From the NCBI RefSeq assembly GCF_000143415.4, contig NW_003314408.1:1-64000 (forward strand): a stretch of 64,000 bases of DNA. Reading direction: 5' to 3'. Of the stretch, positions 39,290 to 54,085 are shown piece after piece. The translations under genes and the position numbers were made by a program. Source of the stretch: Selaginella moellendorffii. Lineage: Eukaryota; Plantae; Lycopodiophyta. The notes under the pieces were generated by a model. The model had not been told where the DNA came from. It worked only from the letters and a program-made list of their open reading frames with translations, and ran no database searches. Within the stretch, counting starts at the first letter, position 1; each line of letters begins with the position of its first letter.

Positions 39290-39420
39290 GGCATGGTGAG
39301 CCTTTGGTGTCAAACCATTGAGGAATATGCAAAAGGCATGGTGAGCCTTCAATGTCAAACCATTGACGAATATGGAGGAGGCATGGTGAGCCTTCAATGC
39401 CAACCATTGACAAATATTGG
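39290..39420. repeat. ~45-bp tandem repeat x3
   Basis: ggcatggtgagcctt..tgtcaaaccattga.gaatatg three times; a single copy in the paralogous element at ~51122. Confidence 0.85.
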
Positions 39421-42400
39421 CTAGGTGCCAAGGATGGAAATGGTAACACGTGTGGGTGTTACTTTATAAAATGGTTTACCGTTCGATGAGGACATCGAAC
39501 TTCGTCTATGGGTGGTGGAGTTGTGAGACACAAAATCCCTAGGCCCCAAAGTGGAGCCGGAGGGGCGCCATGTGGTAGTGGCCGAAGCGAAAGCCAAACG
39601 AGCGTAACACGTTTGGACTAAAAGCTCCGCCTTGAAAGGTCGAGAGCGGGAGTGGAACCCCTAACGAAGTGCTCGAGGAATGAGCACGAAGCGAGCAATA
39701 AGCGAGGCTCCAAAAACGGACCCGAAAGGACCAACACATGACACGTGGAAGTGTCCGAGATGGAGTCCAAGGCGGACCCGAGATGGAGTCCGAGATGGAC
39801 CCGAAATGGAGTCTGATATGGAGTCCGATATGGAGTCCGAAGTGGAGTCCGAGATGGACCCGAGATGGACCCGAGATGGAGTCCGAGATGGAGTCCGAGA
39901 TGGAGTCTGAGATGGAGTCCGAGAAGGACCCGAGATGGAGTCCGAGGTGGAGTCCGAGATGGACCCGAGATGGAGTCCGAGATGGAGTCCGAGATGGAGT
40001 CCGAGAAGGACCCGAGATGGAGTCCGAGGTGGAGTCCGAGATGGACCCGAGATGGAGTCCGAGATGGACCCGAGATGGACCCGAGATGGAGTCCGAGATG
40101 GAGTCCGAGATGGAGTCCGAGAAGGACCCGAGATGGAGTCCGAGGTGGAGTCCGAGATGGAGTCCGAGATGGACCCGAGATGGAGTCCGAAGTCGAGACT
40201 GGGACCAAGACCGAGACCGGGACCGAGACCGAGATCGGAACCAAGACCGAGACCGAGGCCGAGGCCGAGTCCGAGTCCGAGTCCGAATCCGAGTCCGAGT
40301 CCGAGTCCGAGTCCGAGTCCGGAGCTTGAGAGGGTGAAAGCCCAAAGCGTTCGTCTCCCAGACACTGGGGGGTTTGGTGAGCTCCAAAAGTATAGTAGGG
40401 GGAGGACTGCAGTGGAGCCAGTTTGGCCAGGAAAGGCCAGTTTGGCCCAGGAAGGCTGGACCCAGTGTTGGGTGATGAGCTGCCCACTGGGAAGTCCAAA
40501 ACTAGAGTGAACACGGACCGACAAGCGGGGTAGCTTGGTGAAGTGTTCAAGAGCCGGCTCTAGTTCCCCCGGGAGATCGACTGGCCGATGCTCCCAGTCC
40601 AAGTGTGGGTGGCACTACCTACTTGGATACCAGGCGTGGCTCAACGGAACCTCGCTCTAAGCCCATGGCTAGAGCACCTAAAGGCGAAAGGTGGGGAGAG
40701 TACCTAGGTGGCTCGCGTAAGGCCACGGTGTTCCGAAATGGTGTCCCAAAGTCCCAGACTGTGGAAAGGAAGAGGGGTAGCCCTCTGGTGGGGTGACCAA
40801 GGATACAGTCACACAGTGACGAAGTCCTCGAGGATAGTGGGACTTAGTGGTCAGGCTGGTGGGCCTTGATCCAGTGGCAGTGTTGGCGAACACAGCCAAG
40901 GACAGAAAAGGGACTTGGTGGGGACCGGAACAGAGATATTGGGGAAGGCTATTCCCCATGTCTATAGGCATCCTAAGGATGTTAAGGAGTGGATCTGGGA
41001 TGATCCCTCATGGACGGATGACCCAATCTTTGAGAGACGGGATTGGAATGCAGGTGGTGTTGGACCACCAGTGTGACCAAGGTAATTGGGCATGGCCTTA
41101 GCGTAACGGGCCGATACGTTGGTGGTACCTTGGGGTGTCGATCATGGGATCGGACACGTGGAGCACTTGGACCAAGTGCTAAGGTTGAGTGGCATGGATG
41201 CCATTCTCGGGGCTAGCAAGTCCCAAGTCCTGAGTTGGACTTATGGAGGTTGTGAATGAGACTCCTCCAAGTGGTCGGAGGTGTGGTTAAGTGACTAAAG
41301 TAGAATGGAAAAATTAGTCGCTTACACAAGTCTGAATACTAATACAGGTTGTGGGGTGAAAGCCCAAAGCGTGTGTCTTTGTAAGCTCCTGAGTTTGGAC
41401 TTCTCAAGAGGTCACTCAATCCAGTACTATTCAAACCTAAGGAAACTTAACCCCAAATATCCCAAGACCCTTAATCGGTTGGAAAAGGGGGTGCACTTTT
41501 GTTCATGGGCCCTTTTCCTTCTATATTTGAACCTTATGGATTATACAGTCTCCCCGGGGGGGGGGGGGAGGGGGCAAACTAATCTTGAAGGAACTCTTTA
41601 GTGGTGCTTCTAAATTGACTTGAGGTTGAGATTGGGGCTTAAGGGCCTTGAATGGGAGTGAGTATGGACTCAAGTGGTGTCGAAAGGGCCACCTAAAGAA
41701 GTGCTCAAAAGCAACTCCCACTCCTGGAAGGGAAATTGACTACGGTGCTCCCAACTCATGTAGAGTGGTGCCCCACTTGAATACCTTACGGCTCATTGGT
41801 CTTTGCCGTTCCTAGAAGTTTGGGCCTGTAACATTATCATAGGATGAGATTTGGATATACTGTCACCATAGATCCTTAGAACCTTGGGGGATAAATGGGG
41901 ATAAAATAGCCATTAAGGGCTCTCTCATCAAGCAATTGCCCCTTTTCCAATTGGTTTAAGGGGAAAGAGATAAAGTGCATTACAAAGCCTTTCCTTCGGG
42001 ATGGAAGTGGGGGAGTAAAGTACCCATACTGGGCTGTTAGGCCACGGTATTTTCCCCCGGTGTCCTGAAGCAAATGTTACACCCAAGGCTTGGGATTTAA
42101 AGGTCCTATGATTAAGTCTTGTTGTACCAAAGGATGTTAGGAATTTGGAGGCTTAGTGTGCTTAATTGCTTGTGTTTGCTAGGAGTGTAACCAAATCTTA
42201 AGTTTAATCTAACTTGGGGAGGGGGATTGGGAGAGAATTTGGGAATCTATGGATAGATGGATAGCACTCTATTGCTTATGTAGTGAGTTGTTGAAATCAA
42301 GTAAGACCAAGTAAGAACTAGTACAATAGGTGGAAACTTTGGCGAGGAAACTTAACTAAGGCTAAGACCATGGTGATCAGATAGACAAAGTAAGCTAGCA

Positions 42401-43756
42401 AATTAGAAAGAAAAAATTTGTGGCTTACACTAAACACTTTCTATAAATAACTAATGGGACCGAACATAAGGGGCATGAGAGCAAAAGTGTCTTGGCAAAT
42501 ACAATATGTTATCATCTAATGAATATTAAGGGACCAAACTTAGTATTATAAGGGTTCCCAACACTAACATGTGCAAGCCAATAATATAAGTTTTTCATCA
42601 CCGTGTTAAATATGTTTGACTGAATAACAACTTAGGATTTCCTTCCTTAGTGCCCTTTTACTCTAATTGCACATATGATAATCAATTTTTTAACTAGTTT
42701 AGGTGGAAATTGAAAAAGGGTCCAACAATACCAACCTCCTATTATCGTGATAGTAAGGAAAAAATATTTGAAAAAATTTGCTAATATGTAATTTTTGATA
42801 CCCATAGTCAAATTTGCAACATTTAAAAATTATTAAAAATTCCTCTTCTAATACTTCTTTATTCATTTTTTCTTCTTCAACAATATTTCTTCAATTTTAC
42901 TCATTTTCTCTTTTTTACCATAATACTTTAAATTTCTTTTTCTTTGAAAAAGGGGGTAGAGGGGATGAATAGGAGTCCAACCCCAATAATAGAGTGAGGA
43001 TGAATGGATATAGTAGTGGAACAAAGATGAATAATATGAATTGTAAAGTGAAGACAAGCATAGCAAATTTAAATAGAATATTTGGCCATAATATAATAAG
43101 GTCAAACAAATGTGATAGTGCAGTGAGGCCAAATAGATATGATAGTAACATAGATTGTAAAGTGAAAATAAGCACAACAAATCCAAATAAAGCTGATGCT
43201 TCAAAACTTTTTTTCTTTCAAAGAGGGGATAAAAAGGATATAAAGGATAAATAGAGTGAGTTTAACTTTCTATATGTGATGCTAAACAAGGATGAAGGTT
43301 GTGAGTCTACATTAATATAAATATTAAATTTTGGTTGATAGGAAGATGCATAGGTAGATTTTATTTATGGTCATGAGTCCAAATTAATAGTAGCCTGAGA
43401 AAATCATCAATAGATAGAGTTAGACATAGGATGTATTATTTTCTGTAATGGTGTTTTATGGATTGCAATGGCTCTTAAAGTCTCTTGCTTTGGTATAAAT
43501 TTATACCTTCGAGGTTGGTTCAAGTATTTGGCAGTTACACACAGAATTACAACTAATGCATCATAATTCCATAGTTGTGATATTTGTGTTATGGCTTTGG
43601 ATTTTATTTCAATCATGGTTATTAATAACTACATTAGTGGTTTTATGGGAGTTTTATATTCTTATGGTAATTTATAATCACTTAGCAAAAGCTCGAAATG
43701 TTCCATTTAATATATTGTCATCATCTTTGAAACAGAGGATGGTGTAAGGTTTGTAA

Positions 43757-44793
<1,037 letters not shown>

Positions 44794-45265
44794 AATTAAA
44801 AATAAACTATTTTATAATATTTCTTATGTGTAGCTCTATGTCACATTTGCATTAATAAAATAATTAATAAAATTTTGAAACAATATTTAAAAATTTACTC
44901 TTATAATATAAGTTTATGAAATGTTATTCATCCCAGTATTACTCAAACCCAAAGCAAAGATGCATAATTTTAAGTATCTTAAAACCTTTAATTGATTAGA
45001 AAAAAGAGTATATTTTTCTTCATAAGCCTTTTTATTTTACATTTTAACTTTTATTGATTATCTTTCAAACTATTGTTTTTGTTTTCTTAAACAATACTAA
45101 TGTTTATAATTTTTAATGTAGTTTGTGCTAGTGTAAAAACATATTTCAAAGTATAAAATTAATATTTAAATTAATCTATGTAAATGTTATAGCAATTAAA
45201 TTTTTATATTATCTTCATTTATTATTTAATTGTAATTATATAATTGGAATATTAATAATTGTGAT

Positions 45266-48200
45266 TATGAGTGCTTGGAATATAGAAAGGGAATACAGAA
45301 AATATGCATATCAATTAGCCCAGAAACCTAGCTTATATACAAGAGCGAATAGTTCAAATTGAAACCAATCTGACAACTACCAAAATTTCACTACGCTATT
45401 ATTAATATACGGCATTGTACCCGTACACTTGGCCCTCACATCATCCCCTCCTCTTGGAATAATGGAAGACCATCAGGGTTCTCTTGTAGATGGGCTGGGA
45501 TCTGGAGGAACATCAGGAAGAGGCATCAACGGATCTATAGGTGGTATTAACTACTCCTGATCCCTTTGTATTAAGCATTTCAACCATTGCATATGCACAA
45601 TCTCTAGAGGATTGGCTTACTGGACGTCATGCTGAACCTTATAAACTTGTGGTCTAACTTGCCACAACACCTGATATAGTTCTCTCCACTGCGCAAGGAG
45701 CCCCTTAGATAAACCACGTACTGTAAGATAAGGAAAACGGATTAACACAAAATCATCCACTTTGTACTCCGCAAGTGGATGATGATGGGAGTTGTAGTGC
45801 CGTTGTTGTCCCACTTGTATGTGGCCTAACTGTTCGGTAGACTTTGCTTGGACAAGTGGAAAAATGCTCGTCAAATACTGATCCCACAACCTAGCATCGA
45901 CAGCTCGTAGCAATCGCGAAGGTAAACCCAGCTTTGTTGGTAATATTGGATCATGACCATATAGGAGTTTATATGGTGAAGCACCAATAGAACTCTGCAC
46001 CCCTATGACATATGCATAATGAAGAGACGGCAAATAACCATCTTAATCTGAATGCTAAAAGTTCACATACTTCACAATCATCCCTTTGAATGTCCGAATG
46101 AGCCGTTCTACCAGACCCTCTGATTTGGATGATAAGCACTCGTGAAAGTGTGGCATATCCCCAACTGAGACGTCAAAACATGAAATGCCTCAGCCATAAA
46201 TGCGGGACTATTATTCGAAAGAATCAATTCTAGACAAGAATGCTGGAACACCACTCGATTAAGGAAGAAATATCCAACAACAGTTGCAGAGGCGCTAGCA
46301 AGAGCACCAACTTCCACCCAATGAGTCATGTAGTCAGAAGCAATAATAACATACTCATTGCTAACAGTTGACTGTGGAAAACGTCCCATAAGATCAAATG
46401 CCACCAACTCAAATAAATGGGAAATTGCAATTGACTCTAACCGTCCTTCTGCGGCACGAGGGGGAGTATTACGAGCTTGGCACCAAACACAGCTATACAC
46501 ATACCGGATAATATCACGTCACATCTCCAGCCAATAGAAAGACTTGTGTAGCTTCTCGATTACACGATAGTGTCCTATATGCCCACCTAAGAGCATTCAT
46601 AACCCGGGTTCAAGGTGAGATTCATTAATATTCCTTTACTAAGTTTCTAATGTATTTTATTTCAAGGTGAACAATCCGAATCTGAATCAGAGGAGGCGTG
46701 ATGGCATGTGGCCTGAGATGATGTGACATATGTATTTACCAATCACACGTGCATAAATCTAATAATATGGCGTGTGGCCCATATTAATGGCACATAAACC
46801 CATATTGTGGGCTTACGTGCTTTATGTACCATCATTCCCTTGCAGCGTGTGTGTTGGTTTCCTTTTATAACACAACGAACTCCATATTTTGGGGTGAAGA
46901 GCGTTCTCATGGCAAGCACAAAATCTGTAAGTGAGGCAGAAAAGGAGACGGAGAAGGAGATAGGTGAAGATGTAGAATATATAAGTCTTCCAAACTCCCC
47001 GTACTATACTCTAGGTGATCATTTTTCTGAACAAACGGCAACATTAACAACTATCGAGAACGCCCCAGTAACGTCAGAGACAACAATCCAAAGCAAAACA
47101 ACTGACCTGGAAAAGGATGATAGTACCGCTGAGAGTACCAAAAAGGAGGTGTCCACTAGCGCTTAGGCTTATAATGGCGTGTGCCCTCATGCCATTTACT
47201 TGATCACCAAATACCTTTTTCCCTTTGCACTAGTATATCTTAATACCGGTCTGAGAAATAGAATGGCATGTGCCCTCAGGCCTTTTACTAAATCACCTTT
47301 GAAAGAAATGCAAGCCTCTATGTCGTAAAAAAAAGGTACTAGAGAAATTCCTTAATAATATGAATGTTATTTAGTTTCATGAAAATACACTAAGGGTCAA
47401 ATGAGTTAAATGACTTCTCCAGACTAGCAATGCCTCTTGCTACACCTTCACAATTAGATTCGTTAGAAAAAGATAACATTGAATAATATCTAAATGTTCT
47501 CACCATTAAGTTATATGTCTGGCTAATAGGAATGACGTTCATCTTGGAAAGCTCACCACACGCTCAATGAACAAACAAATAGTGTGTGCGCGCATGCCAT
47601 CGCTCTTTTTTAGCTTCAGATTCAGCTTGTTCACCTTGACAATGAGATTTATTATACAACCAGATGGACTCAGTCTGGACACAAAGTCACCGCGCTAGTC
47701 ACCATGCCCCAGATATGTCTAGCCCCTGGACAAAAACCATATAATTTTACGTCATTTTCAAATACTTGAAAATTTGTACCTAGTCCCATTTTACTGAATA
47801 AATCCCACTTTAACGAAATAAAGCTTAAGAGGTGACATCTCATAATGTTGTGCCAAGCGAAGAGCATTGTCAAAGGTGGCTGGAGCAAGTGCATGGACAA
47901 GTCCAACAAGATCTTGACAAAGTGTTCGCCACAACATTCTAAGCTTGATCCGCTCCGACATATTCGGCTCCGCACGAAGCAAAAGGCTTCGGAAACAAAT
48001 ACCAAATTGCATCACCGACCCAAATGGCCCTTGATGAAGACGATACAATTGTTGGAGGGCATTATCACAATCGTCAGCATGTCCGAATGCACGTTTGAAG
48101 ACGTCTGAAAGAACACTCCAATCCCTATGAGTGGCTACGCTTAAACCATTGTATCACTATAGCACTGTCCCTTGGAGACATGTGGGAAACTCACGCAAAC

Positions 48201-48841
48201 GTTGAGCATCATCCCAAGAATGATATGTGGCAATCACCGTGAAGTGATCAAATCAATGATACATATCATCCCTAGGATTCCCATAAAAGAACTCTGGCCG
48301 AACGCGAGGATTGGCACCAAGAGCAAGAGGAGTTGTACCATGTGCTGTGAATACCATCATCAATTGAGTTTGGTTGTTCAATTGCAAGTGCATGGCATCA
48401 AGCAATTGCACCAACTGCTGCTCTAGAGTCAGAGGAGGAGATTATTGTTTTGCCATGAAGATGAATGAAAAGAAAAGAGCAAAAGAAGGGAAATGAGAAA
48501 AAAGCTAGAAAGAAAGGGAGATCGAGACAATGGAAAAGCTAGATCAAAACCAAAATCCTGACAGGAAAGAGCAAAAGAAAGGGAATGAAAAAAACTAGAT
48601 CTAGACAATGCAAAAAGTTATATCTAAACCAAAATATAAGGAAAGGTGCCCCTCACCTCCACCAATGTGAGTGCTTGGAATATGGAAAGGGAATACAAAA
48701 AATGTGCATATCAATTAACCCAAAAACCTTAACTTATATATAGGAACGAGTGGTCCAGATTGAAACCAATCCAACAGCTACCAAAATCCCATTACACTAA
48801 TATTAGTATACGGCATCGTAGCCGTACACTTAGCCCTCACA
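45266..48841 (-). mobile_element. Old Ty3/gypsy element with short LTRs (5' 48666-48841, 3' 45266-45440), internal deletion of PR-RT-RH, 4-bp TSD TGAT
   Basis: ~175-bp diverged LTRs; PBS tggtggaggtgagggg (tRNA-Ala-like); PPT aagaggaggggatga; gag at 47825-48460; integrase (GGHIGH..FYW, CxxCQ, FTSAYHP) at 45600-46588; empty site visible at ~16535-16565. Confidence 0.85.
46589..48478. repeat. ~1.9-kb near-identical inverted duplicate of 54086-55970 (gag + DNA-transposon end)
   Basis: Near-identical ORF pairs 46807-47166(+) / 55393-55752(-) and 47845-48108(+) / 54451-54714(-). Confidence 0.95.
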
Positions 48842-49129
48842 TGATAGATTAACTTTATATATAATATAAGACAATTTGATCCACTATTGAAGGCTTGAAT
48901 AAAAATTCCCCATTTATTACACCTAGTAAGGGTGACTCATAATAATTTCTAGAAATTATATATTGTAAGGTATATAAATAAAGTTTTGTATATATATAAT
49001 ACTATAAAGTGAAGACTGTGAAAAATTAATCTATCCACTTTTGTATAACATTGGTGGGTGCATGATTGAAAAATGAGGTTTTTTGGCAATGCTTTTCTCT
49101 AGTGTTTACTTTTCTCCTTCATTCTTCTA

Positions 49130-52100
49130 ACAACCGGGATGCCATGGAGAGTCAAAAACATAGGATTGTCCATGTTAGACTATATGGCAATTGGAAAGCT
49201 TGCGAAAGGAGAGGCCTTAACAAGCTAAAGGGATAGAGTTCCGTCGAAAGGTTCCCAAAGACAATTCTAGGTAGTTGGATACCTAGAAAGCCAAGTGTAA
49301 ATGGTTTATAGAATGCACGAAATCAGAGGGGCGCAGTAGAAGCGTGGTCTTGAAGTTTGCCATGAAGCGAGGCTATCAAGATTGGGGAAGTAGTTCCCGA
49401 GTGTTCAAAGAGAGGGCTTTGAACGAAAGTCGATGGTTAAGGACTTTCACGCTTATGCATGAACCATGTTACGGTGGCCAGATGACTTGCTAAGTGAGAT
49501 TAGCAAGTCGGGGGGAACAAATACCCTAGTTGAAGGTGCTAACTTCAAAAGGGTGGCCCATAGGGCCAAGCATGGAGGAGTCCATGCATGATCACAGACT
49601 TGTCAAGTGAAAAGACTTGGCAGTGTGGAGGAACTAGGTTTTTAAGCTGTGATCTGTAGCGCGCTTTAAATATAAGTTGGTGCACTGACGTGGGGAGTCA
49701 CGCCAGGCATCTTGTGTGATGCCGTCCGTAGATGCATATACGAAGGTTGGGTTCGAGTCCCGATCCTTTAGTGTTTGGATTCGAGTCCCAAATCACTAGA
49801 GCGTGGTGATGGTTTGGAATATGAGGACACTCATATTTCAATGGTCATGGACTTTCAGTGGGGAGACTGGTTTGGGCACACCGCCAAGCCAGGGATGCCT
49901 CGGAGTCGTGATGCACGGTTAGATTGCTTAGTGTGAAAGCTCGGCATATCTAACTTGAACGCTTTGGTGCAAGTGGCACCAAGGACATGGTGAGTGAGAT
50001 GGGGACACCTAATCTCAGTTGCTATGGACCCTTGGCCGTAAGGGCTGGCTTGGGTGCACCGTCAAGTGTGGGGGATGCCCCCGAAGTTATGGTCAACAAC
50101 TTGAAGGTTTAAAAGACCAAGTACCTCTTGGCAACTCTGTTAAGGTGCCAAGGTGAGATCCCTAGGTGATCTTATGGCCAAATAAGGATAAGGTCCTTGG
50201 TTGGCTAAGGAATGAAGTTCCTGGTTCAAAATGTTGATTTGAACTATTTAAGATGGTGTGGCTTAGTCAAGATGACCAAGTGGGAAGAGCACCTAAGGGA
50301 AATAAGCTGTGTCCGTGCGATGGCATAGTGAGTCTGAGGAAAGTAGTTTCTATAAGAGACCCATGGGAAAGTCACGAAGTTGGGCCGTGGATAGAGCCCA
50401 CAGCAGAAGATGCTAAAGAGACGTACTAGGGGTGAACATCCTCCGGACTTGGCAAAGAAAAGTCTTTGCTATGGAACCGAAGGGATACCTCGAAAATGGA
50501 GGTAGCGATCCTATGTTGTTGGGTGCAACAATCAAGGATAAGAGCAAACGACTGTGGCTAAGTAAAGAGCCATGGGATTCATGAGAAAGAATCCAAATGG
50601 CAAAGTTAGGCCAAGAACATTAAGGTGTTGGGTGCTAACGGATTGTCGAAAAGGCAATGTGTTCCCAAGGATGGATTCCCAATTGCTCCGATTTAGCGAA
50701 AGTGGAAGCTCCAAGGGTGGGAGTAGTAAGGTAGCCAAATGATAGGGCCGTGGACAGCCCTAGCACAAAATATGATAACTGGAATTTAGTGCCAAAGGTG
50801 GCATGAAATCAAACACAGGATGATGGTGCCCTCAAGTAGAGAACTTCCTGGGATGAGGAAGTGGAGTTGCACAAAATGTGCAATGCAAGGTGTCAGAGAC
50901 ACCCAGGAAATTGACTTCAAGAAGTCAAAATTAAAAGTTCCAAAGTGCAAGGGTTATATCGATGGAAAGTGAGACCACTCGAGAATGAGTAGTGGGATCG
51001 AGTTAGAGAAGGTGTCTCTAACAGATTTAGTGAGAACTAAACCAATAAAAGGAGAGAACCACCACAAGTGGTCAAATGAGCCTCTAAGTTGGAGAGGCTA
51101 TGCTCCTTAGAGGATGGACAAGGCATGGTGAGCCTTTGGTGTCAAACCATAGACAAATATTGGCTGGGTGCCAAGGATGGAAATAGTAACACGTGCGGGT
51201 GTTACTTTCTGAAAGGGTTTACCGTTCGATGAGGACATCAAACTTCGTGTATGGGTGGTGGAGTTGTGAGACACAAAATCCCTAGGCCCCAAAGTGGAGC
51301 TGAAAGGGTGCCATGTGGTGGTGGCTGAAGCGAAAACCAAACGAGCGTAACACATTTGGACTAAAAGCTCTGACTTGAAAGGTTGAGAGCGGGAGTGGAA
51401 CTCCCAACAAAGTGCTCGAGGAATGAGCACGAAGCGAGCAATAAGCGAGGCTCCAAAAAGGGACCTAAAAGGACCAACACATGACACGTGGAAGAGTCCG
51501 AGATGGAGCCCGAGATGGAGTCCGAGATGGACCCGAGATGGAGTTCGAGATGGACTCGAGTTGGAGTCCGAAGTGGAGTCCGAGGTGGAGTCCGAGGTGG
51601 ACCCGAGATAGACCCGAGATGGAGTCTGAGATGGAGTCCGAGATGGAGTTCAAGATAGACCCGAGGTGGACACGAGATGGAGTCCGAGATGGAGTCCGAG
51701 ATGGAGTCCGAAATGGACCCAAGATGGAGTCCGAAGTCGAGACCGAGACCGAGACCGGGACCGGGACCGAGACCGAGACCGGGACCAGGACCGAGACCGA
51801 GACTGAGACGGGGACCGAGACCGAGACCAAGGCCGAGGCCGAAACCGAGCCCAAGTCCGAGTCCGAGTCCGAGTCCGAGTCCGAGTTCGAGTTTGAGAGG
51901 GTGAAAGCCCAAAGCGTTCGTCTCCTATACCCTGGGGGGTTTGGTGAGCTCCAAAAGTATAGTGAGGGGGACGACTGCAGTGGAGCCAGTTTGGCAAGGA
52001 AAGGCTAGTTTGGCCCAGGAAGGCCGGACTCAGTGTTGGGTGATGAGCTGCCCACTGGGAAGTCCAAGACTAGAGTGAACATGGACCGACAAGCGGGGTA

Positions 52101-53432
52101 GCTGGGTGAAGTGTTCAAGAGCCGACTCTAGTTCCCCTGGGAGATCGACTGGCCGATGCTCCCAATCCAAGTGTGGGTGGCACTACTTACTTTGATACCT
52201 GGTGTGGCTTAACGGAACCTCGCTCTAAGCCCATGGCTAGAGCACCTAAAGGTGGAAGGCGGGGAGAGTACCCATGAGGCCCGCGTAGGGCCACGGTGTT
52301 TCGAAATGTTGTCCCAAAGTCCTAGACTGTGGAAAGGAAGAGGAGTAGCCCTCTAGTGTGGTGACCAAGGACACAATCCCATGGTGAGGCAGTCCCAGAG
52401 GCCAGTGGACTTAGAGGTCGGGCCTGCAGACCTTGATCTGTGTTGGTGAATACGGCCATGGACGAAAAGGGACTTGGTGGGGACTGGAAAAGAGATATCA
52501 GGGAAGGCTATTCCCCATGTTTGTGAGCATCCTAAGGATGCTAAGGAGTGGATCTAGAATGATCACTCATGGACGGAGGGCCTAGTCTTTGAGAGATGGG
52601 ACTGTGATACAGGTGGCGTTAGACCACCGGTGTGACCAAGGTGAATGGGCATGGCCTTAGCGTAACGGGCTGATATGTTGGTGGTACCTTGGGGTGCCAG
52701 TCATGGGATCAGACACGTGGAGCACTTGGACCAAGTGCAAAGGTGGAGTGGCATGGATGCCATTCTCGGGGCTAGGAAGCCCCAAGTCCTAACTAGGACT
52801 TATGGAGGTTGTGAATGAGACTCCTCCAAGTGGTCGGAAGTGCAGTTAAGTGACTAAAGTAAAATGGAAAAATTAGTTTCTTACAACTTGGTATCGGAGC
52901 TGTTCCTTAGTCCGACTCTTATTGGTGCTCAAGTATATCACCACTTGTATTGGAATTGGAAGGTCCTAGGTATGGATCTAGTGGCAGTGTTGGTGAATAC
53001 GGCCATGGACGAAAAGGGACTTGGTGGGGACTGGAAAAGAGATATCAGGGAAGGCTATTCCCCATGGTTGTGAGCATCCTAAGGATGCTAAGGAGTGGAT
53101 CTAGAATGATCACTCATGGACGGAGGGCCTAGTCTTTAAGAGACGGGACTGTGATGCAGGTGGCGTTAGACCACCGATGTGACTAAGGTGAATGGGCATG
53201 GCCTTAGCGTAACGGGCCGATATGTTGGTGGTACCTTGGGGTGCCGGTCATGGGATCAAACACATGGAGCACTTGGACCAAGTGCAAAGGTGGAGTGGCA
53301 TGGATGCCATTCTCGGGGCTAACAAGCCCCAAGTCCTAACTAGGACTTATGGAGGTTGTGAATGAGACTCCTCCAAGTGGTCGGAGGTGCAGTTAAATGA
53401 CTAAAGTAAAATGGAAAAATTAGTCTCTTACA
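49130..53432 (+). mobile_element. Truncated, rearranged second copy of the non-autonomous LTR element (LTR 51265-52885 plus partial LTR repeat ~52975-53432)
   Basis: 49130-51264 matches 37300-39521; the LTR is preceded by a PPT and followed by a PBS; the LTR 3' part is repeated. Confidence 0.88.
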
Positions 53433-54085
53433 AGAGCATTAGGAAGGCCTTGAAGCTTTCCAGGTTTGTACTTGATAACAAAGTCAAACCAACTCAGAAA
53501 TTGTGCCCACCTTGCTTGACAACGGCTCAAAACTCGGGAAGTGGCAAAGTACTCAAGATTTTTGTGATCCGTCTAGACTGTTGTTTGATGGCCCGCCCCC
53601 TCCAAGAAATGGCACCACTCTCCAAAGGAATCCACGATGGCAAGGAGATCCTTGTCGTGGATTTCGTAATTGATCTCCGCAGGCTGGATTTTCCGAGAAT
53701 GGAAAGCAACCGGATGAAGTTCTTGATCCGCTCTGAGTTGAGACAGCACAGCACCGATGGCAAAGTCAGAGGTGTCAGCCTCAATGAAGAAAGGTTGTGA
53801 GGAATCAGCATGGATCAAGACGGGAGCAGAACTGAAGGCCGCCTTGAGTGTGTCGAAGGCCTGCTGGGTAGCAGTAGACCAAGAGAAGGAAACATCCTTG
53901 CGAGTGAGATGCGTGAGAGGAAGGACAATGTTAGAGTAGTGATCAATGAATTTGCAGTTGAAGTTGGCGAAGCCAAGGAAAACCTGAACGTCCGACATTG
54001 ATTGTGGAGGCTCCCATTCGAGAATAGTCTTGACTTTGGCAGGATCCATCGTGATACCCTCAGGAGTGACAATCAGGAGTGACAA
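53433..54085 (-). mobile_element. RT/RNase H fragment of the Tcn1-like gypsy family
   Basis: GITMDPAKVKTILEWEPP..VFLGFANF..EADTSDFAIGAVLSQ..EINYEIHDKDLLAI; homologous to 21845-22460. Confidence 0.9.

Larger units (their letters stand above)
33632..41326 (+). mobile_element. Young non-autonomous (LARD-like) LTR retroelement: LTRs 33632-35372 and 39522-41326, 5-bp TSD CAAGT
   Basis: TG..CA near-identical LTRs; TSD at 33627-33631 and 41327-41331; tRNA-Met-type PBS tggtatcggag (35376); PPT gggtggtggag before the 3' LTR; 4.1-kb interior with no long ORF, only faint integrase-tail/chromodomain-like traces. Confidence 0.93.
33550..42429 (+). mobile_element. Older, diverged LTR of a related family (33550-33631 + 41332-42429) interrupted by the young element
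   Basis: Decayed 12-bp repeat tract on both sides of the TSD; shared gggtgaaagcccaaagcgt motif (~41354); end aaaaaatttgtggcttaca similar to the young LTR end aaaaattagtcgcttaca. Left boundary uncertain. Confidence 0.55.

Noticed and set aside
46807-47166. 119-aa acidic ORF, duplicated at 55393-55752
   Set aside because: No recognisable motif and non-ATG start; conservation reflects the recent duplication only.
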